This document shows, piece after piece, positions 11,101 through 23,100 of a DNA stretch of 64,000 nucleotides (its first letter is position 1; each line of letters begins with the position of its first letter). The position numbers and the translations under genes were made by a program. The stretch is from Eutreptiella sp. 'Long Island Sound 2002'. Taxonomy: Eukaryota > Protista > Euglenida. Below the pieces are notes generated by a model, which saw only the letters and a program-made list of their open reading frames with translations, was not told where the DNA came from and ran no database searches. The stretch covers positions 11,346,001 to 11,410,000 of the forward strand of contig OZ038378.1 of assembly GCA_964036045.1 (NCBI GenBank), read 5' to 3'.

Positions 11101-14100
11101 CCAGACCCCTCAAAGTTCTCGAACCCGTCTTGCTGCAAATTTGAAATCTTTGGGAAAACTGCAGGCGCCACAGGCGCCGAGGAATGTTTTTCGGCCTTTT
11201 GGAGGGGGTCAAAAGGCTTTTTTACCCTATGTGTTTACACTCCCACGTGTCATTATACAGGGGGGGCGGGGAGGGGGGGGGGGGGGGATTGGGTTGGGTT
11301 GGGATGAAGCCCGCTGCAGGGTGAAGGAGCCTGAAAACTGTGGGTGGGCTTCGAGGCATCCACAAGTCCGGTCTCCATCTTGAGTACGGGGGAGGAATTC
11401 CATTGTGTCTGACACAGGGTGTGGCAGCACAATGGCGGTGGGGTATTGGTATGGCGTCTGGATGGCGACATGTGCGGATTGTATTGACTATAAATGGCGT
11501 GCTCCTGAGATCAGTTGAGGCGGTGGGTTTCGAAGCATCAGACACACGCACGTTGTTGTCTGGCAAAAACGATTTCCAAATCCACAGTGGCAGCCAGGGG
11601 GATGGCCACAGCCACCGTCAAAGCAATGACCGTGGTCATGCAGCCGCTGCTGCGGCCAGTGCCCACATCGCGTTTTACGATTTCAATTTCCAATGTCAGT
11701 GATGTTCGGGGAGGCATCTGCTCCGAAGTGCACGGTGACGGTTGTGGTTCGACACAGTTCCAAACCGGAGGTGGATGTGGGGATGGGTGACTGCGGCTGT
11801 GTTTCATTGACTGTGAATGTCCCAACTGAGGTCGCGTTGCAATGTTTGCATTGCATCTGAACAGTATCTCCGCCGCCAACATCCGTCCATACCTTTTTGG
11901 GAGGCTTCAAAACAAATTTTTTCTCGGGCTTCGGTGGCACCACCTGCGCGCCGGCACCAGGGTTGACTGTAGGCGCAGGTTCTGCGCCAGGCTGCAGGAC
12001 AAAAGATACATGCAAGAGAGCGGATGACGGGCGATCAACGCAAGAGGGGGGCATTCCCCAAGGCCTCACATTCAGGCACTCCCAGACCAGTGAAATTCGG
12101 AGGGTGCCTTCCACCTCCGATGTGGGAATGCTTACTGAGGGTGTGTGGGTGCTGGATCCCCCAGTTTTACCGTCTTGCGTCGCGGGACGCGGGGTTGGCA
12201 AGCATGTATTAGAAGGGGGGGGGGAGAGGTCTGGAACACAAAAGTCTGCGTACCAAAAATGGCCCAAATCGATATTTCCTTTTGTAAATTTCATTTTTCC
12301 CAACCATGAAATCTGGGTCCAGAGGGGGGGGGGGGGCTCCTCCTACGGTCGTCAGCCGCTCTACTACATCCCTGGAGGTTGGTGTCCCTCTTAGCCGAGT
12401 ATGCAGTGTGCTCTGGCCGTTCGCTTGTGCAATCTTGTGCAATAACAGCGGGTGGGTGAGGTGCTGCTCATTGCTGGAGCACATATCTTCCCGCGCATCT
12501 TCATGTTCCGTGGTGCTTGGACAACGTTCTCCAAACGTGGCTCCCCCCACCACCACACCACAACCGACCAGAAAAGCAATTCAGCTTCAGTGAAGACAGT
12601 GGCATCAAAGGGACGATCCGAGCCCTGAACCTGCTTGTCCCCGACGTGAATCCCCCCCCCCCCCCGTGTGTGACATTCCGTCAGGTTGTTGTTCCTTTAC
12701 GGGGCCCTGGACAGTCACCCGTTCTTCCCTTCGCATGTTGCGTCGCGTCGCTGCTTTCTGTGGGCCGCTGCGGCCGGTGCTCTTGCTGGTGTCGTTTCTG
12801 CGTTCGCAGAGCCCAGTATGTGGTGTGTTGGGGCTGTGCTGAATGTGGCATGGTGTGCCGTTTGCGCGTCAGCGGCGCCCAATAGTTGGCGTATTGAGGA
12901 TGTGCTGGTTGTTGCCGGGGTCGTTTGACTGTTTTTGCTGCCCACACGCCTCTGTCCACAGGCCGTCCATAGCCTGCCTCGCTGTGTTTCTGTGAGGCCC
13001 AGGTGCCCTGTTCCTCCACGCGCTGTTCCGGCCATCCACCATATGTCCTTTTCCCCCTCACGGCTGGTCTGCCCCTGATGGGCTCCCGCTCCTGTTGCGC
13101 AAACAGCCCATCTGGGCTGCGGGAGACACCCCCCACCTGATGCCGGTTGAGAAGGGTTAGCCCTGGCACCCGGTAGCGACGGGGCTGGCTGGCCAAGCCA
13201 TCCCCTTTATTGTCGCTGCCTCCCATGCGCGCGCTCCACCATCCGCTCCATTCTGGTTCCCTGTTCCCGCTGTTCTGGTTGCCTCTCCTGCCTCGTTGTG
13301 CCCCTCCTCCTTGTCTGCTGTGCTCGCCCTTGTCACTCGTGGTGTGGCTCCCGCGTTCTGTGTGTCTGTGTTGCACCTCCTCCTGCTTGTTGGCGCTCCT
13401 GGGTGCCCCTATCGCGCACCCACTCCTGTCCCACCCGCCTGCCCCCCCATACGAGGATTTCACATCTCCGTACGACGTGGACTGTCCCCGTGCGCGGTTG
13501 GCTGTTCACGGCCCCGTTGCCACCCCCGTGGCGGGCACCTCCCGGCGCGCGGGGCGCAGCCCCCGCCCTTGTGGAGTACGTGGGCACCTTGTAGAGGGAG
13601 GAGGGGGGGGGGGGGTTTGCTGATGGCTCGCTCAGCGGCCGCATTTGCCCCCCCCCATGTAGTCAAAACCGTGCCACAGAAAGAAGGCCCGAGAATGCAA
13701 GCTGCTGAACACCTGCGGAGCAACAGGCGACTGGACCAATAGACCCCAAGACCCCAAAGATGCCATACACCTCACCAGCCTGTCACTGCTCGAAATCCAT
13801 GTGGTTGTGGGGGGGGGGGGGGGCAGAAAGCTGTGATGGGGTCCAGCCTTCGGGGATGGGGGAGGGAGGGCCTCTTCGAGGCATGGCAAGAAACTCTGCC
13901 GAAAAATGAGCATGTTCGTGCACAAATTGGTGCTTGGCCCCCGGCTGTGACACCCACTGCATGTTTCTGCATGGGCTGAGGATGCCCCAAATGATGGGTA
14001 AGATTTCCCCCCCTTGAGTTGACCATAGACGGCCCTTGGGAGGACAACGCACTGGGCCGCACGCTCGGGGGGTGTGGGAGCCGTGGGGGAGGGAGGCGTT

Positions 14101-14110
14101 TCAAGATGTC
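8165..14110 (-). CDS. Kinase exons 11-14 (14110-14024, 11991-11893, 10286-10138, 8273-8165), Pro/Ser/Lys-rich disordered tail
   Basis: Four exons with canonical ends whose phases (0,0,2) chain exactly to the TGA at 8167-8165. No domain homology to confirm them. Confidence 0.7.
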
Positions 14111-17100
14111 CTGCCAAAGCCAATGGAATTGGTGTCACAAAAGAAAATCAACTGACAAATGCATCAAATTTTGTGGGGTCCCTCTCGAGGAATCAGCATG
14201 GCTGCATGACCCCTGTTGTCTAGCGGTCCCTATACCGGGGAGGGATCAATGTGCCCACCAAGATGATGGGATATGTTTCCCGCAAATACAACAATGTCAG
14301 GATTTTGTCCCAGCAACATGTTAGCCCCCCACCACGCAGTAAGGGGTGGAAAAAGACACCCGGCCATAATCCGCCCCCCCTGTGTGACATTCCTTCTGGT
14401 TGTTGTTCCTTTACGGGGCCCTGGACAGTCACCCGTCCTTCCCTTCGCATGTTGCGTCGCGTCGCTGCTTTCTGTCGGCTGCTGCGGCCGGTGCTCTTGC
14501 TGGTGTCGTTTCCGCGTGCGCGGAGCCCAGTATGTGGTGTGTTGGGGCTGTGCTGAATCTGGCATGGTCTGCCGTTTGCGCGTCAGCGGCGCCCAATAGT
14601 TGGCGTATTGAGGATGTGCTGGTTGTTGGCGGGGTCGTTTGACTGTTTTTGCTGTCCACACGCCTCTGTCCACAGGCCGTCCATAGCCTGCCTCGCTGTG
14701 TTTTCTGTGTGTGTGAGGCCCAGGTGCGCTGTTCTTCCACGCGCCGCATTTGGTGGTTGCTGCAGTGCTCGCACCTCATGGTTCCCTTGTGTATTGTTGT
14801 GTGTCCTGTTGGGGCTCGTCTCACTGCCGTGCGTGGGGCGGCTCTGTGCCCAGTTCCTTTGCTGCTTGCGTTCCTCCCAATTTCGGGCTCTTTCTTTTTC
14901 TGCTGGCACGCTCACCGTTGCTGGTGTGCGGCGCCGGGGGGGCAGCATGTCGCTCCCTGCCTCCCATTGTGGCTGTCGGGTTGTCCCACTTGCAGTTGGG
15001 TGGTACCAGGGGCACCAGGCACTTTTGCACATGTCTCCAAATCTACAAACTGACCTGTCACTGGTGTTTGTTTGGGTTGTTCTGGGGTGAATGTGGTGTG
15101 TTGTTGCTCTTTTGCTTTCTGGGCTGCTGAGGGGCTCCCCGTTTGAGGACTTCACTCCGGGCTGTCCATGCCTCGGAGCTAGGGACTCGTGTGAGTCCAC
15201 CCCCTGGTTGGTTGTGTGCAGTGACCACCAATGGTTTGGACGCTGTGAAATTTGATCTTTATGTGGCCAATCGGCTCACATACTAACCCCTCCAGTTGGA
15301 CCTGAGCACCGGGGACATTGGTAGCACTGGGGCACGAGGGGCACAAGCGGTCAACAGGCAAATGGGCATTGGGGGCTCGCCCGCCCTGGCCCAAAGCGCT
15401 GACGCACACACACACATACGTCATCGTCGTCCATTCCTCGGATCTCGTCAAAGAACTGATTATCAATGGGGTCACTGTCGCCCGATTCCGGCCATTCAAG
15501 AGGCGTCTCCGGGGCAACCACCATCAGCCACGGGTGCCCAAACGTGTCGTGCGCGAGGGGTCTGGGGGATGTATGGTGTGGGTTGCGAGACGGTACATGC
15601 GGACTCGTACCAACGTGCAGTGAGACGAGCGAGGCCAGGCCGCGGCGGACATTTCCTGCCGGCCCATGTGCAAATGGGGTGCTAGACATGCTGCTGGACT
15701 CTAGTGAAAAGGTGCTGACTTGTTCCGGATTGGCCCAGCGCCCAGCAGATCTTCACCCACTTGCCCACTTCGAGGAATCCAGGCATGAGTACCACCGAAG
15801 GAACCGAGCACCAAAGAATTTAAAAAAAAAAAAGAAGGCAAACAACAAAAAGGGACCAGAGCACCGAAACCGTATGAGAAAAAGAATATAACAACAGAAC
15901 CTGGGGCCCAAAGAGTATAAGCAGACCACGCCAATTCCTGCAGCTCAAAGAGCACATCGATTTCATTTCGCTTACGTCTTGTTCTGTCACCATTGACGCT
16001 TTAGCAAGCAGGTCAACTGCATGTGCACTTTCTTGAATATACTAACGCATTGTCTAATGGAATGATTCCTGTGCAACGCTGTTATGCACCAACGTTGACA
16101 CCCGTGTTGTGCTTGTGGTTGGACCATGAGTTGGACTTCGTATGGGATGAACTTAAGCTACCGACAGCAAGGTAGGCCCTACTACCAATCAACGGCAATC
16201 CAGCCATTGTGGATCACCCTTGGCCACACTTAGGGTCCGCAACTGCCAGCAACCAGTTTTGGCAGCCATTTTCAAGCCTGGATTTCAGGATTTATCTCTG
16301 GAAATCTCAAAGGGCAATATTATAGCCCCGCAAATCGGTCGGCACCCAAAACCGAGGCAAGGGCGCTTTGGTCGCGAGAATGAGTTTGACCCCATGGGAT
16401 TTGGATTGGGGGCGAACAATAGAACAAAACAAAGATCTCTTCTTTGAAGCAATGGCCATGAAAACAGATCAAAAAAACATGTAACGAGGAAAGATGACGA
16501 CGAGGAGGGGGCCCTGGAGGCACCCAGGCACTTTTTGACCCCAGGCAGTGCCTTCAGCTTACCCCCACACCAAGGGGGTGGGGGGGGGGGGGGTCAGGGC
16601 AGATGGCAGGCACGCACAAAAGAATCCGACACAAAACAAAATGCACAACGGACTAAACAAATTGCACATGGCTTCTGCGACTTACTCACTCGAACCTTGA
16701 GGCGGAGTGTCCAGTCGTGTTTCTTGTACGCACACGAACGCATGCGCACTGCTGCATGCTCCAAAGGACTCACACCTGTTACGACGGTCTGGGTCCAGCA
16801 GCCAGCGGCAGTAGGCTTTGGCATCCTCTGAAACATTCGACCATCGTCGGTCAGGAAACTTGGGGCCACTGCAAACAACAAAACGGAAGCTGGTGTCCAC
16901 ATGGAACTCTAGCGAGACCAGTGGGTCAATCAGTGAAGCACTTGAGCGGGTAGGGGGCTGATGGAGAAAGGTGAGAAGTGGTTGCTGGTAGCCGAAAAAG
17001 CGGTGGGAGGGACGCCCACACTGAGAACAGACACTGGTTGGCTTACAAGCAACCTTATGGACCTGGTGGCCCATGGAGATGCTCGTAGAGGTTGCGTACG

Positions 17101-20100
17101 CATTTGGCTACTGATGTATTCTCGGCAGCCCTCTCCCCTGATACCTGGTGAGCACAAGCAAGCAACAACCACACTTCACCTTTCCGTTATGCGGAAATCT
17201 CCATCCCATTGCTTCGGGGTCTACTCTGCTCCTGCCATCTGTTGCATTGACAGATGCCTGGCGGCCCGGGGCGTGGGCGCCAAGGAGGGCAGTGCCCTGT
17301 CAAATCTGCGTAGTTTTGGGCCATATTTCGCCCCAAAAAACCACGGATCACACATGCCGCGACCGGCTGGATTTAGTCGTGTCAAAGAAGCCTTTGCTGG
17401 CCTCTAACTCGATCATATGTCGGAGAGGCAGCCCCAAAATGCCCCAAAATCTGCGCCCAAAGAGCCGCGAATGGCCCCCATCTTGGGCTACGTGGCTCAA
17501 AAGCCGATTTGGCTCAAAAAACCGATTCCAAGGGCACCTAGCCCACCCGCAATCCCCCACATTTTGGGGTTTGGACACCTCATCACCCTGCAAGACGCCT
17601 GGACCCTGTACCAGTGTGCACGACCTGCCAAGCCGCCGCACAGAGCCCGAACCAACCGGGGCCAATGTGGGTCCAACGGGGGTCCCACGGGGGCTGAACT
17701 TTCCCAAAGTTGGTCCCCGACCACTTGAGGTGCTCAACACAAGTGCTTTTAGCCCGTTTGGAGCCCGTGGTGACCTGTTTGGGCCCTCCGAAAGTTCCAA
17801 AAAGCCTTGAAGACGGGCCATTTTGGGTCGAAAACTATGCTCCAAAAGCGGTGAAAAAGGCATTTTTCCGAACGCAATCCTACAACACTTGTGATGCTCA
17901 CACAAGTGTTCGGAGCCTGCTTTGGGCCCATGGTCGTCCGTGTAGGCCCGAACACTCCAAAGAGCAACAAAAACGGGCACTACGTGCACCTGACACCCGA
18001 ACTAGAGGAACCCAAGGAGGATCGTAGGGGTGTCTAAGTGGTTGTGGTGTCGGCGACGCGGAAGGCACGCTGCGAGGGCCAAAGGGTCGCTGTACGCCGG
18101 CGTCCGGAGATCGCCCCGGCAACCTCCCCTCCCCTCACCCATACAAGCCTTTCGCACAGAACACGGGAAGCAGCAACCCACTATCCCCCTGTCCCCGCGT
18201 CCCCGGCCCCCGGTCCTGGACCCTCAAAGATCACCGACACACACTTTTCGATTTGTTGCGCCAGGACGGACCGCATTTTTGAGCTGAACGGAAACGTGCC
18301 GCTCAGCATTACGTACGTGATGACCCCCGCTGCAAACACGTCGAGCTTTTGAATGTCGTTACGTGTGGTAACCCGAGGCTGGACGCCGTGGTTCAACAAG
18401 CGCTTCAGGATCTGGAGGCGACAGGCAAGGGCGATTCAATGCACAAACGACACATGCGACGAACATCGAGGATGCTCACGCCGGGCGGGTCTTCTGTAGC
18501 TTCTGTGATGCCACTGCGGACAAAACCGCTGGCATGCAGCATCGGCTGCCACAAACGGACCCCCGCCTATTGTCAGCTACCCTCCAACCGCCGAGAGACT
18601 CCGGCTGGTCAAGATGTGACAGCAATCGAGAAAACGTATCAAGAGTGATCCTGCTATGCACAGCCCGGGAAAGGTGCACTGCAGGTGCGAGAGCACTCTA
18701 TGCCGCACAACAAAACCAGTGCAGTCCATCAGAAGCACGTCAGACTCCGGTTGCCCTAAATCCCTGACCCGCGTTTCTGTGCACCACCTCCAGGGAGACC
18801 AGCACCGGTCAAGCGGCGCCAGGGGTACAGTCACCGGTCTCCACAACCCGCTGCCAAGCGGGCTCGATCACGGCTAGACCTCGGGGGTTATCCAGAGCAG
18901 CGTATTGGTGGCATGTGCTCATGGCCCCCCCGGTGCACTGTGCGGGCACAGTGCCGTGGCGCGCTGTGGGGGCATGCGTGTCGCCACGGAGTGTGGACGG
19001 TCCGCTGTCCGCACGTCCCCAGGACGGAGTGTGCAGAGGGGGATTCCGCCGAGGGTACGCCGTACCGCCGGCGATGGACCAATTTACGCCCACGACGTGC
19101 ACGCTATGCGCCCTCTGTGCGCCCAAAATCACCTGCAAATGTGGAGTGCCTCCTCGCTAATACAAATTTGGGAACTTCAAACAAATATACTGCGGCCGTC
19201 CGGTGCACAAACACGGTTGGTGGCGGTCAGACCACACTACACTGCATGTGTGGAATGCACGTGCAGATATGTTTGCAAGCTTCACGCCAAACCAACAGAG
19301 CGTACGTACAGCGGCCAATTTCTGAAAGGCTCAGGCACAGCACTTGGGACGAAGCACACCTCCGGTGCACAATACTTGATAGAGCCCAGAGGGGTGACCA
19401 TGACCAAATCCGATGGGGTATTCGGGACCTCGGCTCCGGGGGAGAGAGCCAGGGTGCCCCGTTGCTCGTGAGTCAAACCGGGAGTCAAGCAATACTCACC
19501 GGCCGTCTGCGAAAAGGGAAATCAGGGCACAGCAAACACTCCGGCAACCAGGGCACCCTACACCACCCCACATTTCAACAAGCCGCCGCAGGAAAGCGAG
19601 TCTCGGCCTTCAGATGCGACTGCAGCCGGAACCACCACAACGATTTGAAGATCAGCGCACACAGCCTACACATACAGGCCCTTGCTCGGGATGAGGGACC
19701 GTTCTGACCCAGGTCCACAAAGGGTGGGGCTGGGTCGTAGTGAGCTGACCTACCGAAAATCGCAGCACCAGGGAGGGGGTCGCCCTCCGCAAACCCTCTC
19801 AAAAGCAAAGGACTGGATGGAGATGTCGGGCGGTGTCATGCGTCTGTTGGGCAGATGTTGGCAGGTTGGGGTCACACACGCACACCCACCCACCCACCCA
19901 CCAGCCCACCCTCACCACACACGTGTCTGCAGGTCACATACCCTCAAATCCTTCCAAACCAAGTATATTCCTATCCCTTACATCAAGCACAACACAACCG
20001 ACCCTGAAGGTGACGGCTAATTCGCCGTCAATCCTTCGGATCGTGAGTGCAAAATTGCGGAGGGACTTGTTCTGCACTTCTATTCTTGTTGTTCCTCCAG

Positions 20101-23100
20101 GGAGACAGGGGAGAGCTGAACCCGGACCCTGCAACGTAGGCCTCGCAACTTGGCGCTGGTGGAAATGGTGTGTGCCCCTCTCCAGAGCAGGAGGCTGGTG
20201 GCATTTGCTGATGGGCCCCTCACTGTGCCCGCACGCTGTGGGGGCACTGTGCGGGCACTGTGCCGCGGCGCGCTGTGGGGGCATGCGTGTCGCCACGGAG
20301 TGTGGACGGTCCGCTGTCCGCACGTCCCCAGGACCGAGCGTCCTCCGAGGGCACGCCGTACCGCCGGACCAATTAACTCACAACCGCTACCTGCCCTGCG
20401 TTGAAGCCCATCCACGCTCGGACGTGCGCCCAGAGCTTGCGCACCCCTGAGGCCAACTGACCCCATCACCGTCGTCGATAGGGCACATGGGCACAAGCCG
20501 GTGTATTTCCTGGGGACCTAGGTACCGCGCCAACATAGAGCGTTTTTCAGGGTCGTTGACATTGCTGCCTCGTTGGTGCCGACTCAATGCCATACAAGGG
20601 GGGGGGTGGGGTGGGCGGGGTACATTTGGAAAGCCCTTGAAACGGGCCATTCGTAACACCCGGGTCTGGACGATGTGATGGAGACCTCTGTCCTTTTTGG
20701 ATGGTACATCCTTCTGCCTGCTGCCCCTCTTGTGGGGGCTGCTCAAGAGCCAGGGTGGTTGCTGATGTACGGGAGTCCGCGGCCCACCACTGGCCTCCTG
20801 AGCTTAGGCTGAAGGAACGAGTGGCTGCACCCTCAGTCCTGTGATGACTGCTGATGACCAAGCGCGCCTACTATTGTGGGCACATTAATCGTCGAAGACT
20901 CTCAGGGTGATGACGGCGAAGGGCATGCCGGGACCCACTCACGGGGGGGCGACTACAACCGGTCCTGATGCGACATACCCCCCAGCTATCTGTCAAAACT
21001 CGGGGGGGGGGGGGGGGGGGCTGGGGGTGGATCTGGGGGGGGTCGGCTGGGGGGTGTAGGGGGGGGATTTCGGCTGGGGGGGGGGGGTTCCCAAGGTGGG
21101 GGGGCTTGCGCGCGACCCACTACTACCACATGCATACCTCCTGGGGGGTTGTGTGTCTGGGGGTTGGGGGGTACGGAGGTATGTATGCGATAATAGCGCT
21201 TTCTCGTCCTTGCCGAGAAGAAAGTCTTAAGGGTCGCCGTGTTGCCCCCCGCCCCCCTCCCCCCGTCCCCCCGCCTTAACACGCTACCCCAGTCATTGCA
21301 TCACTAGTGTAGCGAGTAGGTAGGTATGTGTCGTGCCCTCTCGCAGCCTGCTGCCAGTCCTCTCCTCTGGAGAGGGACTACTCGTCCTCACAGGTGAGCG
21401 AGACGAAGGCGGTGAGCAGAGCGGGTGAAGAGGGCGACGACGGTGCGTTGGATGCGTGGGGCAGCTGTACACGGGGGCTGGATACGGGGCTGCAGTACAG
21501 TGGGACTACAAGTGTGGCTGCGGTATCAAAGGGCTGCACGCGAGGCAGCAGTACATGATGGCTGAAGGAGGGGCAGCTGTACGTGGGGACTAGATACGGG
21601 GCTGCAGTACAGTGGGGCTGCATGCAGGGCTCCGGTATCGGAGGGCTGCATGTGGGGCAGCTGTACATGATGGATGGATGCGGGGCAGCTGTACATAGGG
21701 ACTGGATATGGGGCTGCAGTACAGTTGGGCTACATGCAGGGCGGCGGTATCGGGGGGCCGCATGTGGGGCAGCGGTACAGGATGGCAGGATGAGGGGCGG
21801 CTGTACATGGGGACTGGATATGGGGCTGCAGTACGGTGGGGCTGCATACGGGGCTGCGGTATACGGAGGCTGCATGCAGAGCGGCGGTACACATTCTGGC
21901 AGCTGTGCACGGGGCCAGACGTGGGGCTGCGGTACCGTGGAGCTGCATGCAGGGCTGCGGTACATGGAGGCTGCATGCGGGGCGGCAGCGCGTGATGTCA
22001 GGATGCGTGGCAGCGGTACGTGTTTCGGTGCAGAGGAAACAAACCAGTGACAAGGAGAGTCAACAAGGAGAAGCAGGAACAGGCAGAAACACCAACGGAA
22101 ACAGCCACCAAACAAACAGGAAGCAAGCACACGATAAGGAAGAAAAAACAAACAAACAAACAAACAAACAAAGAAAAGGCAGAACGCCGACGTATAAAAA
22201 AAAAAAAAAGCGGGAAAACACAAGGACCAAACAAGCGTAGGTAAAGGAATAGCACGGTGATGCAGGGGTAACAAAGCGTGTTAAGGGGCGGGACGGTTCA
22301 CCCGCACCGACCCAGCGGAGAAGCAAAGCCAAAGCCAAAGCCAAAGCCCCCCGTCCCCCTCCCCCTCCCCCCTTCCCTCTCCCCTCTTGTTCCCCCGTGC
22401 CCCCCGGTTAGTTTATGAGAAAAATTCCTGAGGCTTGGTTAGAGTTGGGGGTTAAAAGAAAGAATGGATGGACTTCTGGTTAGAGGTCCTTGAAAAGCTC
22501 CCCCTCTGAGGAGGAGGAGGAGGAGTCTTGGCGGGCGCGCTTCGGTTGTCCGCGGGCTGACGTTTGCAGTTAACATGTCTGGGCAACAAACGACATTTGT
22601 ATAGCGCCTCGTCTTGCGAAATCTGGCGCTCACACTAGAAAAGGGGGCGCCGTTGGCGCCAGGCGGAAAAAAGGGGGGCGCCGTTGGCGCCATGTCCCCA
22701 GCCCACTATCTGTCAAAACCCGGGGGGGGGGGGGGGGGCTGGGGGGTGTCGCATACAAGGACCGGGCCCGGCCGCCCCCCCGTGGACCCACTGTCCCCTG
22801 GCAATTGACTCCACGTGCCTAACTGAACCTGACGTTCTGGGGGGACCGTTCTTGCGGAAATTCGGTGCTCAGTATTGCGGATATTCGGTGCTCGTGGTTG
22901 TATGGGGGGCACATCTCTCGGTCACGGTCGTTACATTCCAACTCGGAGCAAAATGCAAACTTTTTTTGGGGTTGTTCTGAAATTCCTGCCAATGTGCGGA
23001 AATATTGTCAGACAGTGGGGGGCTTGCGCGTATGTTTTTTGGGATGTGCATGAAATGGGCTTTTCAAAGATTAACTGGGCAGCTGTGGGGCGCAAAAGTC

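Noticed and set aside
12568-12630. Possible kinase tail exon (VQGSDRPFDATVFTEAELLF)
   Set aside because: Ends in phase 2 and breaks the otherwise exact phase chain through 11991-11893 and 10286-10138; cannot be excluded as an alternative exon.
12681-13463. 260-aa and related ORFs over the twin repeats
   Set aside because: No gag, RT or transposase motifs; low-complexity translation of a repeat.
21378-22274. 298-aa ORF and overlapping ORFs
   Set aside because: Translation of a degenerate minisatellite and (AAAC)n; intronic; no phase-compatible exon found.
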